This document shows, piece after piece, positions 40,351 through 55,997 of a stretch of 64,000 nt of DNA. The number at the start of each line of letters is the position of its first letter. Within the stretch, counting starts at the first letter, position 1. The DNA is from Eledone cirrhosa (Eukaryota): contig OZ024740.1 of the NCBI GenBank assembly GCA_964016885.1, positions 314,712,001-314,776,000 on the forward strand, given 5' to 3'. The notes below the pieces were generated by a model. The model saw only the letters and a list, made by a program, of their open reading frames with translations, ran no database searches and was not told the DNA's origin. The translations under genes and the position numbers were made by a program.

Positions 40351-41754
40351 ATGGTGGCTGCCAACTCGTTTTTGAGTACGGCCACTACTTTATATCCATG
40401 TAAGAGAACCCCTACCGATGCGCTGAACGAGTGTGACTTTTTAGTCCAGCCAGCGACTTGAAAACTCTGGTACAAACACTACACTTGTGACAATCATTGA
40501 CACATAGTGCTAGGCCCATGGTACCACGTGACGACAAGTGCAGAGAGATCTCCAGATATAAAGCAATGCCTGTGCCGTGAAGCTTTTATAGTTAGCAAAG
40601 GCACTGCACAAAGCCAGTCCCACTCTCTTAACCAAGATGATATTTATCAAAAAGAAGAACAATTCAACATCATTGGATACCATCAGGGTTGCAGGTGTTA
40701 TATTAGAGCTTTCCTTCTAGAATTCTGCCTTGACAAAGGCCAAGGGTCATCTCTCCCGGTGATTTTGGATGGCCATTGACTCTTAAGAGCTCCTTTGCCC
40801 TTTGACAGGTTTTGTTTTTAGTCCTGCAGGATGTCCAAAGTCACTCTCCTCACCAAGAAACCTTGGTGGGGTTGCCAGTTTAGTCGCCAACGACCCGACC
40901 ATGAGACAGGTTGTACTGGGATACATGTTACCAGTAGCACCAAGATACATATATATACATACATACATACATACATACACACATACATACATATACATAC
41001 ATATATATACACATACATACATACATACACATAAATACATATACATATATACATACATATATACATATATATATACACATACATACATATACACATACAT
41101 ACACATACATATATATACATACATATATACATACATACATGGTGGCTGCCAACTCGTTTTCGAGTACGGCCACTACTTTATATCCATGTAGGAGAACCCC
41201 TACCGATGCGCTGAACGAGTGTGACTTTTTAGTCCAGCCAGCGACTTGAAAACTCTTGTACAAACACTACACTTCTGACAATTATTGACACATAGTGCTG
41301 GGCCCATGGTACCACGTGACGACAAGTGCAGAGAGATCTCCAGATATAAAGCAATGCCTGTTCCGTGAAGCATTTATAGTGAGCAAAGGCACTGCACAAA
41401 GCCAGTCCCACTCTCTTAACCATGATGATATTTATCAAAAAGAAGAACAAGTCAACATCATTGGATACCATCAGGGTTGCAGGTGTTATATCAGAGTTTT
41501 CCTTCTCCTAGAATTCTGCCTTGACAAAGGCTAAGAGGTCATCTCTCCCGGTGATTTTGGATGGCTATTGAGTCTTAAGAGCTCCCTTGCCCTTTGACAG
41601 GTTTTGTTTTTAGTGCTGCAGGATGTCCAAAGTCACCCTCCTCACCAAGAAACCTTGGTGGGGTTGCCAGTTTAGTCGCCAACGACCCGACCATGAGACA
41701 GGTTGTACTGAGATACATGTTACCAGTAGCACCAACTGGTGACCTTACATATAC

Positions 41755-41785
<31 letters not shown>

Positions 41786-42452
41786 CACATACATACATAC
41801 ACACATACATACATATATATATATACTAACACATATATATACATGGTGGCTGCCAACTCGTTTTCGAGTATGGCCACTACTTTACATCCATGTAGGTGAA
41901 CCCCTACCGATGGACTGAACGAGTGTGACTTTTTAGTCTAGCCAGCGACTTGAAAACTCTGGTACAAACACTACACTTGTGACAATCATTGACACATAGT
42001 GCTGGGCCCATGGTACCATGTGACGACAAGTACAGAGAGATCTCCAGATATAAAGCAATGCCTGTGCCGTGAAGCTTTTATAGTGAACAAAGGCACTGCA
42101 CAAAGCCAGTCCCACTCTCTTAACCATGATGATATTTATCAAAAAGAAGAACAAGTCAACATCATTGGATACCATCAGGGTTGCAGGTGTTATATCAGAG
42201 TTTTTTTTCTCCTAGAATTCTGCCTTGACAAAGGCCAAGAGGTCATCTCTCCCGGTGATTTTGGATGGCCATTGACTCTTAAGAGCTCCTTTGCCCTTTA
42301 ACAGGTTTTGTTTTTAGTCCTGCAGGATGTCCAAAGTCACCCTCCTCACCAAGAAACCTTGGTGGGGTTGCCAGTTTAGTCGCCAACGACCCGACCATGA
42401 GACAGGTTGTACTGGGATACATGTTACCAGTAGCACCAACTGGTGACCTGAC
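40351..42452 (-). mobile_element. Three head-to-tail copies of the bipartite RTE derivative (40351-40943, 41139-41747, 41843-42452)
   Basis: Collinear copies, each with private substitutions, separated by (TACA)n-rich tracts. Confidence 0.9.
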
Positions 42453-42518
42453 ATACATACATACATACATACATACATACATACATACATACATACATAC
42501 ATACATACATACATGCAT

Positions 42519-42565
<47 letters not shown>

Positions 42566-42726
42566 CATATATATATAGTGCTTGTTTACGTGCGTGCGCG
42601 CTTTTTATTAGCCACCTCGCCTTTAACAAGCAGTTGTGTGGTCTCTGTTTAAATGTATATGCATGTTGTGTATACACACATACAAACACACACACACACA
42701 CACACGCACGCACACACACACATATG

Positions 42727-43035
42727 CAGGGTTAGATTTAGTCCTTGCGAGGCCCGGGACACTTCAGGTTTTTTTTTTGGGGGGGGGGGGGTCATACACA
42801 AAAAAATAGACTCCCCCCCCACCCCACCAAGTTTACATATCAAAGTTAGCTTGGCGTCAGTAATTGGAATTGAAACGTTATACGTTAAATTAAAAAATTC
42901 TAACCATTCTAAAACTAATAAGCCCAGCTGAGGGTACAAATAAATTGCTACGGCCGTCGCTGGTGGGGCTCCCCACTGTAGGGGGCCCGGGGCAGTTTCC
43001 TCCTTTGCCCCCCCCCCCCATTAAATCCAGCCCTG
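42727..43035. mobile_element. hAT-like MITE
   Basis: 14-bp imperfect TIRs CAGGGTTAGATTTA / TAAATCCAGCCCTG, with GGGCCC subterminal motifs. A second copy lies at ~20370-20662. Confidence 0.7.
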
Positions 43036-43069
<34 letters not shown>

Positions 43070-43133
43070 AATACATACATGCATACGCCTGTACACAAAC
43101 AAAAAAAGACGTGCGCGCGCTACACACACACAC

Positions 43134-43218
<85 letters not shown>

Positions 43219-43710
43219 ACACACACACATATCTATATATTCATCTGTAATAACGACTATAGAAAAATGATTATGTTCCGTTTTTATGTCTTGTCTGAAA
43301 AAGATTCACCAGTCCCTGACTGACAGAGAAAGTCTTTATGAGTTGACAAGGAAGTAGAAATAACGGAATTAGTTTCTCTATCAAAGACAAAGCCTTATTT
43401 ACCCAACCTTTTATAAAACAAGTAACTGAAGATGCGAGAAGTAACCATGGGAACACTGTGGTTTCTCTAGTTTATTTTAGTTTATTTTATCTATTTTTTA
43501 TAATTTTGTTTTCGTAAATGAAATTTGTGAACACTAATCTCATACATCATTTGCTTCTCAAAGATAAATCCAAAGTAATTAAATTATGGACTGTAACACC
43601 AAAACGATCTGAGCTAAGGCTTGCTTGTGTGGATAAAAAATGTATGTGCGCACACACACACAAACACACACAAACACACACGTGTATGTGATATATATAT
43701 ATTATATATA

Positions 43711-43900
43711 TGAAAATATTCAGGACCCCGACGGCTGAGCTCCAGCTGTTTCAACAGCAAGAGCCGTACGTTCGGATCTAACTGTTGAAAAGGCCGGAGC
43801 TCAGCCGTCGGGGTCCTGAATTTTTTCATATTACCCACTCTACTGCTCCAAGTATCAAGTACTCTGGTGAGTAATGGTCTAACTGGTTTTTACCGCCTCC
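43711..43900. mobile_element. Fold-back element, diverged family B subfamily (short arm only at 45190-45250)
   Basis: GACCCCGACGGCTGAGCTC...GAGCTCAGCCGTCGGGGTC inverted arms plus the family B tail. Confidence 0.75.
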
Positions 43901-43995
43901 AATCTGATATATAAATACATATATATATATTTAAATACATACATACTTACACACATATATACATACATACATACATACATACATACATACATACA

Positions 43996-44031
<36 letters not shown>

Positions 44032-44040
44032 TATACATAC

Positions 44041-44073
<33 letters not shown>

Positions 44074-44141
44074 ATATATGATCTTTAATACGAAGAAATA
44101 CCAATGACGGTTGGAAGATCACTGATGATGGACTAATTTTA

Positions 44142-44179
<38 letters not shown>

Positions 44180-44565
44180 TTTTTCTCTCTCTCCTTCTTT
44201 CTCTCTCCTTCTCTCTCTCCGTCTTTTCTTTCTTTCTCTCCGTCTTTTTCTAATTGTGCTTAACACTATAACTAATAAAATAATAAACATTTCACTATCC
44301 AGACAGCTTCCAAAAATAATGGTTGCATCTAATAGGGTACGTCAAAATTATTTATAAAACTGTTTATATATTGTATTTTGTCTGATGAAGGCATACCATA
44401 TTTTAATTTGGTATCCCTGAAATATGTATAATGAAATAAATATGGTTTTATAAATATAGTTTCCATTTATTAATATCGTATATCTACTTCAAAAACTTGT
44501 CTAGTGCTTTATATCAGTTATAAAATATTTACTTGTTGTATCCCAACAATTTTAAATAGAACTTT

Positions 44566-44624
<59 letters not shown>

Positions 44625-45516
44625 GCGCGCGCGTGTGTATGTATGATCTTATCTGATGGCCCTGAGCATGCGTGTGGGGGCTCCGGAGAGTTGGCAGGTT
44701 TTTCATTTTGTCTTTAATAAATGAATATTTAAACTCTAATTCAGATCCATCAGAAATAATCTGTTTCTGACGAAGACGGTAAAATGGATGTATAGTATCG
44801 GGACTAATAATTGTTTCTACTTTTGGCACAAAGCCAGCAATTATCCCAGTGTATTACTGGTACTTTATTTTATCGAGACTAATAATATGGAGTTACTTAG
44901 CTACTATCGATTAGCTACTATATATCGATTTATCAAGGTCAATCAATCTTCTGAAATGATCGTAAAACAATGAAGTGGTTAAGCACTAACCTTCGCCTTT
45001 TGTTTCCATTGTTCCATAGCCTCAGCAAAAAGAAAGGGAAATATGAAGTGAGAAACGAGCGTCGGTTATATCCCTTTGTTTTTGCTGGGGCTAGGTATGT
45101 GACGTTAGTCACTACCTTAAATTGATAGCGAAAGGACTTCAAAATGTTTTTGAAGATATAACCTCCCAGTATTCTACCACTATATATATAGTCCAGAAAT
45201 AGCCGTCGAAACGGCTTGAGCTCTGCCGTCGAGGTCATACTTTCTCCTATATATATATGTACACTCATTGTGACCCAAGAAAATATACACAAATACACAC
45301 AGTGAAAAACTACACCCCCAACACATAAGTTAATATAGTGATGTCTATACAAGCACTTGCATGTGTGTGTGTGTCCGTGAGAGTGTGCGCGTGCGTTGTG
45401 GTTAGTTTTTCAAATTGTTAAGTATACTTTGATATTTGCTAAAATGCCGAGAGACGACCTTTTGGCTAAGAATATATATATAAATGTAATCTAAGGTTTT
45501 CGAATATTAATAATGA

Positions 45517-46306
<790 letters not shown>

Positions 46307-46510
46307 TTAAAATAACAGATTAAGTTTAAGCAAAGAATCGTTGTTTTCACCCTTAACGGGATCTTCTGAAACTAAAAACATCAATCTGTGAACGCAGAAG
46401 TAAATATTTCAAAAAACGTTGCAACCGAAGGAAAACAGGAAGACGATACTTTGGTTTGTGAAGACGTTACCTGGCAATGAACGGAAAATAGCGAACATAA
46501 TACGTCATCA
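46307..46510 (-). mobile_element. Naiad pseudo-LTR fragment with HHR
   Basis: Matches 22075-22280. Confidence 0.8.
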
Positions 46511-46729
46511 ATGTTCGTCAGAATGTCGTAATGCAGACAGTCAGGCATACAGACAGATATTATAAGGGTGGTACGGAGATGGATAACCGGCGCCTAACAT
46601 CCCTTTAACAACAGAAAAATGAAAAATAAAAGCTGCAGTTAATATCTTTAGACCGCATGAAATATATAAATGCAACTTTGAAGTCAATCGGAGTAGAAAT
46701 GTGAATTTGTATAGACTTTGCAAAAATGA

Positions 46730-46763
<34 letters not shown>

Positions 46764-46915
46764 ACGCACACACACACACACACACACCCACGCACACACA
46801 CACACACACAACAACAACAACAATTTTATATATATAGATATTTGATTCGTTTGCAATTATGCAACTCTTTGTTATATATATTTGTTATATATTTGTTATA
46901 TATTTTTTATATTTG

Positions 46916-46981
<66 letters not shown>

Positions 46982-47147
46982 CAAATATAAAAAATATATA
47001 ACAAATATATAACAAATGTAGTTTAGAAAGCCACAACAATGCAGATGGGAAATCTCGAGGTAAGAAGTGAGTGAGAAATAGGAGAAAAGTGAAAATGAAA
47101 ATGAAAACAAAACAAAGGTAGAAGGGTTACCGTAGAGGAGATTTAAT

Positions 47148-47182
47148 CCCAATATTTCGGGCTCACGCCCATCAACGGGGGG
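47148..47182 (-). ncRNA. Decayed minimal hammerhead motif
   Basis: CCC-CCGTTGA-T-GGGC(GTGA)GCCC-GAAA-TATT-GGG. The core is two mismatches from CTGATGA. Confidence 0.4.
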
Positions 47183-47675
47183 AAAAAGTTCCAAAAGGGG
47201 TGGGGGAACAGGCTAAGCCAGAGAAAGTTGTATTGTCGTTAAAACTTAGGAATGCCGTTATGGGGAAAATTCAAACGAGGGAAAGAATGCGCGCATGCGC
47301 GTGATAGGCTGTGGCAAAAGCTACTGACCAATTGGGTTAAATCAATAGGGTGCGCTAGCGTGTGAAAGCCGTAAAATATGTGTGTGTAAATATATATGTG
47401 TGTGTAACTGTGTGTGTATATGTGTATGTGTGTATGTATGTGAATGTGTGTGTGTGAAAGATAGTGGGCCGTAGAAGCTGGAAAACAAAGAGTGTGAAAG
47501 GTGGTAGGTTGTATAAACATGTGTGCGTGTATAAATATAGATGTGTGTGTGTATGTGTATGGGTATACATATAAGGACTAGAACTGTTTCATTCGAAAGG
47601 AATCACGAGGAAAGCCGACTTGCATTGCTAATGTATTGAGCACCTTCCCTACTGTGGTTACCCCCGATTGAACCC

Positions 47676-47761
<86 letters not shown>

Positions 47762-48247
47762 AACAACGCGATTGACTTATGAAGTAAGTAATGGGAAAAT
47801 TTTAAATTTGAAATATGTGCGTCCCAGCATAAATGACCATAATAATAGTCGATATCAATAAATAATAGTTGAGAAAATTAGGTAAAGTAACCACGGAGAC
47901 GGAAAGAATTAGACAGAGGCTTCTGTGAGGAATCTCCAGGATGTCGGGTAAGTACGATAACCACAATATAAAGTTTGCGAGAGGTATGGTTTGTTTGTCT
48001 GTCTGCTGGTCCTGTTATTGTGTGTGTATTTCTTTTGATGTGGCGATGGTGGCGACCACGACTTCGACGACGGTGATGATGATGATAATGGTGGTGGTGG
48101 TGGTGGTGGTTGTTGTTGTAGCGTTGTCCTTGTTGCAGATGTGTCTCTGTTTCGTGAGAGTGTAGTTCCAGTGATGTTTTAGCGTTGGCTTGAGAGGTTT
48201 TGTATTTATTTTTAGAATTCATTTTGCATCTTTCATACAAAAGTATG

Positions 48248-48405
<158 letters not shown>

Positions 48406-49259
48406 CGTAGCTAGTTAAAGAGAATTGACACAGTCTCGGGCTCGTTGCCTCACTCACTCAATGATATAGCTAAGTGTGTATTATTAAAAATACAAACCCA
48501 ACAACCAGAATGTATACATTCATTAATCAGAAAAACGACTTTGTGAGGACAGGATATTAATATATCCAGATTCCTGTACCATGCATGGTTTCTACAGTTC
48601 TGATCTGTTAACAATATCCCCGCACGCCTCGTGAGTTCTATTGTTGTTTGTCTGGCTATAACTTCCCTTCGGCCTTGCTGGGCAGAGCCCCGCTTGCCTC
48701 GGGAAGTCTAGCGTTGTTTGTCTGGCTATAACTTGTGCCCCAGTCACCTCGGCGTTCTAGCTTTGTCTATATAGAGCGTCCCTTGGCTTCGCTGGACTAT
48801 GCTCCGCTCGCCTCGGCGTTTGTCTAACTCACCATCCTTGCTGTCTCTACTACTGTATTATTGAAAACTTTATTTTCTTGTGTGCTCCAAGTAATTTCTA
48901 AATTTCTATTATTTTTCGGTTGACCTTTGTATTCGGATTTGAACTTTACACTTCCAGGTAAGACAATCCACAAGATGGTTTTGATACCCGACCTGAATTC
49001 ATCTCTCTTACATTATCAAAAATGTTATAAACCTTACAGGAACTAAGTTCAGAACAACAGCTAAATATCCACCATCTTTCAAACATGTAAGATACAAAAT
49101 ACATAATGCTGTCCTAGACCGAAAGTTTATAATTCGAAGGCTTTTGATCATGGTTAGCCTAATTCATCGACACCCAAACCTTTTTTTCTATCATCGACCC
49201 TTTCGTGGAATTAAGTGCAAGATTTGTAGGAGCTGGTGCAGTAACGCGCCAGCTTCAGC

Positions 49260-49830
49260 ATTCAGTAATCAGAAGGGAGGTAGGTGTAAAAGCCAAACTC
49301 GCTACCTTCAATTCGGTTTCATGCCATTTCTTAACTATGGTCATGAATCTTGGGTAATAACCGAACGAATACGATCGCGAGTACAAGCGGCCGAAATGGG
49401 GTTCCTCCTAAGGGAGATCAGAGAGTCACTCCAGGTAGAGCCACTACTTCTCCGAATTGAGAGATCACAGCTTCAGTACTATGGGCATATGGTTAGAATG
49501 TCTCAAGAAAGAATCGCTGGACAGATTTTACAGGCTGAACCAACTGACAGGAGACACAGGGGTAGACCCCGAACAAGATGGTTGGATAACATCCATGAGC
49601 TTGGCTTGTCTCACTTGTGGATCCAGCGGAATCAGTTAGAGATGGTTTCTTCTGACAGGATCCGATGGAAGGAGTGTTTGAGGACTCTGTCCTCATGACC
49701 CTCTCAGGAATATGTGGGTGAAGAAGAAGAAGAAGAAGAAGAAGAAGAAGAAGAAGAAGAAGAAGAAGAAGAAGAAGAAGAAGAAGAAGAAGAAGAAGAA
49801 GAAGAAGAAGAAGAAGGAGAAGAAGAAGGA
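49260..49830 (+). mobile_element. RTE LINE 3' fragment with (AAG)n tail
   Basis: YGHESW...AAEMGFL...QLQYYGHMVRM...RGRPRTRWLDNI...DRIRWK. Confidence 0.85.
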
Positions 49831-51498
49831 TGCCTTAGTTAAATCTTTGATCCTTCATCGACTCCCAGGAATGTATGAAAATTATAAATATATTAATTAG
49901 CCGACTATAAAATAAATAGACGATATAAACACGTATAAGCAAGTTATATTTTATTGTATTATTTTTTATATTTTCTGAGTTCAAATCCCGCCGAGGTTAA
50001 CTTTGCCTTTCATCCTTACGGGGTCGATAAAATAAAGTACCAGTAATGCACTGGGTAATTTGCTGGCCTTGTGCCAAAAGTAGAAACAATTATTTTTTTT
50101 ATATTTTCATTTCTTACACAAATGTCAGGTTTTGACCCAGAAAGCTCAATCGAACCTCTGGTTAAACACATCGACTCTCTAGTGCAACCATCGACATGTA
50201 GGGGTTGATATCAACAATTTTGGAGACTCCCAAACAACATGAACTTCATATTTATCATTCCATCTCCACTAAACATAAAGTCGTAATCGCTTTTTCAAAA
50301 GAAACTAGTTATATTGTGGCCGTACTCCTTATAGAAGGAAACAGTTTGGTGGACTGACTATATCTTTGCTAAGGATGCACAGCCAAATCAAATATGAGAT
50401 ACAAACGGGCAAGTCAACACAACTGTAGCTGTCATCTGCCTTAGTAGTGGCATGAAAATAATTTCTTTACTCATGATCCGCTAGTCTGCATTCTTAGATC
50501 AGATAATATGCTTGTACAACACTTAAAATGTAAGGGACATAAGTCTGTAATTTCTTGCCTGAGTTTTTCAGCTTTCCTTGTAAACTGATGTCATTGATGC
50601 TTCCATCAGAAAATTTGTCATAGCAAACATTCACCCACCAACACACACGCACACACACGCACACACGCACACACACATACACACACGCACACACACACAC
50701 ACACACGCATTTACACCCCCCCCCCAATCCAATATCCATTTCTACGTCCCACGTTATCAACAGAGGAAGTGAGTGAAATTGAGCTACTATTTCATTATCA
50801 AACCCTTTCAGGCCTAAAGATAACCGTATTTCACACTTTTAGCTGTCACAAGATATCCGGTAATCAGAACAACAAATAAATATTTTACTTGGATGGTATG
50901 CCATTCATTTAGATGAGATAACGAAAGAATACAGAACACATACTTGGTTGCTTGACCTGCTAGAGATAACAACCAAACTCTAACCCCAAATCAGCTCCCA
51001 ACGTCATAAATAAAGAAATACACGTTGTACGGTCATGGCTGGAATTCCTTTATTAATAGGTTAGTTTGACCACGGCCGCCACCACCACCACCATTACCAC
51101 CACCACCAGCAGCAAGAACAACATAAACTAGACTTGCTAACGGGTGAAGTGGGGGTCGCGGGTGGGTGAACTCTACATGGTGAATCGACCTGTTAAACAG
51201 AGCAGCCAAGTATTCCTCAAACGAAACCTACCTTAATAAAAAGAGAGCACATTGGATAAAAATGACGTCATAATCAAGGCTAGAGGGGCTAAACAACAAC
51301 AACAACAACATAAATTATAAACATCCGGAGCATGGGTTAGATTTATACAAGGCGATTATTAACGAATTCTTGTTTATAATTATATATATATATATACACA
51401 CACATTATATATTAAATATTTTGTTTGCTTAATATAAATCCTACGCACTAAAGAATGTTTATAAAATTCATACGACAGTAAGAATATAAGATAGATAT

Positions 51499-51548
<50 letters not shown>

Positions 51549-51589
51549 CTAGAGTTGGGTCAATAACGAAGTCTTTTAAAGATTTGGAT

Positions 51590-53995
51590 ACCATGGAGAT
51601 ATATCCGGATGTAAGAGGTTTATCCGGGATTTCTTGAAGGAATTTGTCCAAAGACCTTTTGAATTTTATAGTGTGTTTTTGTTTTAATGTGTTTTGGTGT
51701 AATGTTAAAGAGAGCAGGACCAGTTGAGATGAAATAATTGTGCCGTATTGTTGTTATGAGATGTGAGTTTGATTTTTGTTGTGGGCAGATAGCACGGGGA
51801 CCAAGCCTTAGGTGTACTTTAATGATGATGCCAACATCATTTGGGCAATGCTGATGGAATATTTTCCACAGATAATGTAGCGCTGACGGCGGCGTTGGAG
51901 AGAATAGAGTTTCAGCTTTTCTAGTCGATCCCAATAGTCAAGGCTTGACATGCCAATAATGTTTTTTGTGATTGACCCTTGAAGTGCTTCAATTTTCATA
52001 ATACTTTGTTTCTTGTGGGGAGACCACAGTGGACAACAGTATTCAAGGTGGCGTCGGGCAAAAGTAGAGAAAAGAACGATAATAGTGTTGATATCTCTCG
52101 ACTGGAAAGTTTGAGAATCCAGGAACACATTCTGCGGACCATGTCAACTTTGCTGTTGATATGAGTGGCCCAGCTCATGTTACCGACAATTACTCCCAAG
52201 TCTCTGGTGTTGTTGGATGCCACGAGAGTTTCACCCAGGGAATATGGGAGTTTCAATGCATCCTATTTTCCAAAGTGGATTAATTCGAATTTATTCTCGT
52301 TTAACAGCATATTGTTCTTTTCCACCCATTGGATAACAGGAAGTAGATCTGATTGAAGGCATTTCCAGTCACCCACTCCATTGACGACCTTCTGGAACTT
52401 GGAATCTGCAAAGATTCTTATGTTGCTGTGCTTGATGACGTCATTAACATCATTTATATAGATAATGAAAAGAAGTGGGCCCAACACAATGCCTTGTGGA
52501 ACGCCACTACTGACTTTGGCTGGGCTTGATTGTACTCCTTCGACTACAACATGTTGGGCTCAGGAAACACTTGATCCATTGCAGCAACTTTCCAGAGACA
52601 CCAATGTTGGATAGTTTTTTCAGTAGCATGTTGTGATCAACCCTGTCAAAGGCCTTGCTGAAATCAAGGTAGATGACATCAGTGTTGGAGCCCTCTCCCA
52701 AAGCTCTCAAAATGTCATCAAAGTGATGCAGAAGCTGCATTAGATAGTCCCTGCCATTACGGAACTGGTGTTGGTTGGAGTTCAGCAGATATGAGAGGTG
52801 AGTGAGATCGGACAGTAATTCACTGCAAGGGACTTGTTTCCATTTTTTAAAAAATTGGATGACAGACTGGGACAGAAGGTTTTCAGGGATATAGCCAACG
52901 TACAGTGAATTCCTCTGCAGATAAGCTAGAGGAGATGCAAGTTGGTGTTGACACATCTTCAGGATCAAGCAGGGAACCTATCGGGGCCTGCAGCTGAAAT
53001 GTTTTTAATTTCGTTTATTGCCGCTAAGACATCAGGGGCGCCAAACGTTATGTCCGATATAGTGTATTGGGGATTAATATCACTGATATAGCCCAGATCA
53101 GCCATATCAGGATTGCTGAAAAGAGAGCAGTATTGTTTCTGCAGTATCTCATCTATGGTTTTAGCATTATCTTGGAGAGTACCATTTTCATAAATTAGAT
53201 GGCAACAGTGGAGCCAGTGACTTTGTGTTTTTTAGTATATGAAAAGAACATTTGGGATTGAGTTTGATTCTCTTAATGGCCCAGAGCTCTTCAGCCGCTT
53301 TTTGATTGCTGATGATGATGATGGACACCATGCTATTTTGGAGGTTCTGTTTTTTCGATTCTAATAATGCAACGGCAGTCAAATGGGTGTGTTGCTACTG
53401 GCAGTATTCCAGTTTGTTGATTTTTTGTTAATTCTTTTAATTTTTCTGATAAGTGTTTTTCTATGGATTCTGCAATTAGATTTGTTTACAGATCCTAATG
53501 GGATATGTTTTGCACATATTTGTTACAGTGCCTGCCAGGTTGTTTTGATGTTAATGGGGTGTGCGTGTGCGCGTGAAAGACCAATCGACATGTGCAACAT
53601 CATGATTGATCGCTTCCCAGTTTGTATTATGAAGATCCATGGTGTCAAATGGATGAGCTAAAGAGATGTCATTGGGTTTGCGTTTTTGGACGGTGGAATC
53701 TCAGATCACAGAGAACCCTGTCATGGTCTGAAAGTAGAGTTTTTTTTACTGTAATATTTTGGATAGTGTCAGTGTGGTTACTGAACACTAGGTCTAAGAT
53801 GTTTTTTGTGGTACCTTGTTGGTTCGAGCACAAATTGGGACAGGAAAAATATCATCCATGAAGTCAAGAAGCGATTCTACTACATCGTTGTCAGAGGCTG
53901 AGGTGGAAAAACCTGGTATTAAGCTGTTTGTGAACCAGTCAACACCGGGCAGGTTGAAGTACCCCATCATTAAGATGTTGCCAGGGTGACATTGT
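51590..53995 (-). mobile_element. CR1-clade LINE ORF2 remnant (APE + RT), heavily frameshifted
   Basis: MGYFNLPGVDW (GDFNLP-like), DVIYLDFSKAFDRVDH, GVPQG.VLGPLLFIIYIND, RDLGVIV, HLEYCCPLWSP, LYSLQRRR. Confidence 0.88.
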
Positions 53996-54019
53996 TATCG
54001 TATATATATATATATATAT

Positions 54020-54947
54020 ATAAATGAGACGTATAGAGATTGTTTTAGCAAGAAGCTAACGGCATTCTATAACATATATGCGACTATAACGTCAAGATGG
54101 GAAAAGTAGTTAACGAAAGATTTAGGAAAAATAACTCAAACTCATCTCAAAAGAGAATCAGGATACAAATTCATCCACAGAATTTAGTAAAATCAATGGA
54201 AAAATCTATAGACCTTTAACTCATGATAAAACAAAGTTTGAAACACTTATCCTTCAATTTGGAATAACATCAAATGCTCTGTATAGTCTTAAAGACTATT
54301 TCATGAAAACTTTCAGTGGAGATGGTCACGGTTGGAATATCATTCATCAGCAGAGCTCAACAGAAAACCAGGGCTCTCACAGTAATATAGTCCGAAAAAG
54401 GGAATTCTAAAACTGGCTAGTTCGCCTTCATGTGTATTTATGAAAAAGCACATGAGGAAAAAACGGGGCTAGTGACGTCAGGATGGAAGTGAATGTTTAT
54501 TTACAAGAAATAGCAGTCAAATACATTCTGAAAAAAACTCTACAAGGAGTTCAGCAAAATAGCAATAATTATCACAGTTTTTATGAAAAAAACCGGGATT
54601 AGTCACAGATAGTTTAAGCACTCTAGGAAAAGAATCCGAGTATAAATATAAATGAGACGTATAGAGATTGTTTTAGCAAGAAGCTAACGGCATTCTATAA
54701 CATATATGCGACTATAACGTCAAGATGGGAAAAGTAGTTAACGAAAGATTTAGGAAAAATAACTCAAACTCATCTCAAAAGAGAATCAGGATACAAATTC
54801 ATCCACAGAATTTAGTAAAATCAATGGAAAAATCTATAGACCTTTAACTCATGATAAAACAAAGTTTGAAACACTTATCCTTCAATTTGGAATAACATCA
54901 AATGCTCTGTATAGTCTTAAAGACTATTTCATGAAAACTTTCAGTGG
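54020..54947. repeat. ~300-bp direct repeat, period 628 bp
   Basis: 54020-54319 reads identical to 54648-54947 by eye. Confidence 0.9.
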
Positions 54948-55187
<240 letters not shown>

Positions 55188-55642
55188 AGTGTGTGTGTGT
55201 ATTTAGAATGTAGAGAAGTGACACACGAGTTGATATATATAATAGTAATAAAAAAATAAATAATAGAAAATGCTAAGGGATTTTCTCATAGAATAACTGC
55301 AAAATATTTATTTACAAAAAATGAATTTCCGTATTTTTTGTACCGGTTGCAGCTTCTTTATGCGACGGAAGTGTATAATGAAATTAAATTGTATATGAAT
55401 AAGAATATGGAAAAGAGTAACATGGTTTACATATATATATATAGAGAAAAGTTCACATATTTGTTCATCGTTTTCTGTCTTTCTCTCCTATGTTGGCCAT
55501 ATGTGTGTATATCTATCTATATATATCTATCTCTCTATATATATATATATATATATATGTGTGTTTGTGCGTGTACATACATACATACATACATATATAT
55601 ATATGCATATACATACACACACACACACACATATATATGCAT

Positions 55643-55680
<38 letters not shown>

Positions 55681-55691
55681 CTATATATATC

Positions 55692-55730
<39 letters not shown>

Positions 55731-55770
55731 GGAAAAAATGAAACGATATATATGTATGTACGTGTACATA

Positions 55771-55813
<43 letters not shown>

Positions 55814-55997
55814 GCATATATATATATATATATATATAAGTACACCCACCCACGCACATATATATATATATATATATCCACATGTAAAAGCAACAACAGC
55901 AAAATTAACAAAACTAAAACACTAGCATAACATCTCGTCTCTTACTCATGTAATTTTTTTTCTTTTGCTTTTTATGAATTTTTTTCTCGAATTTTTC

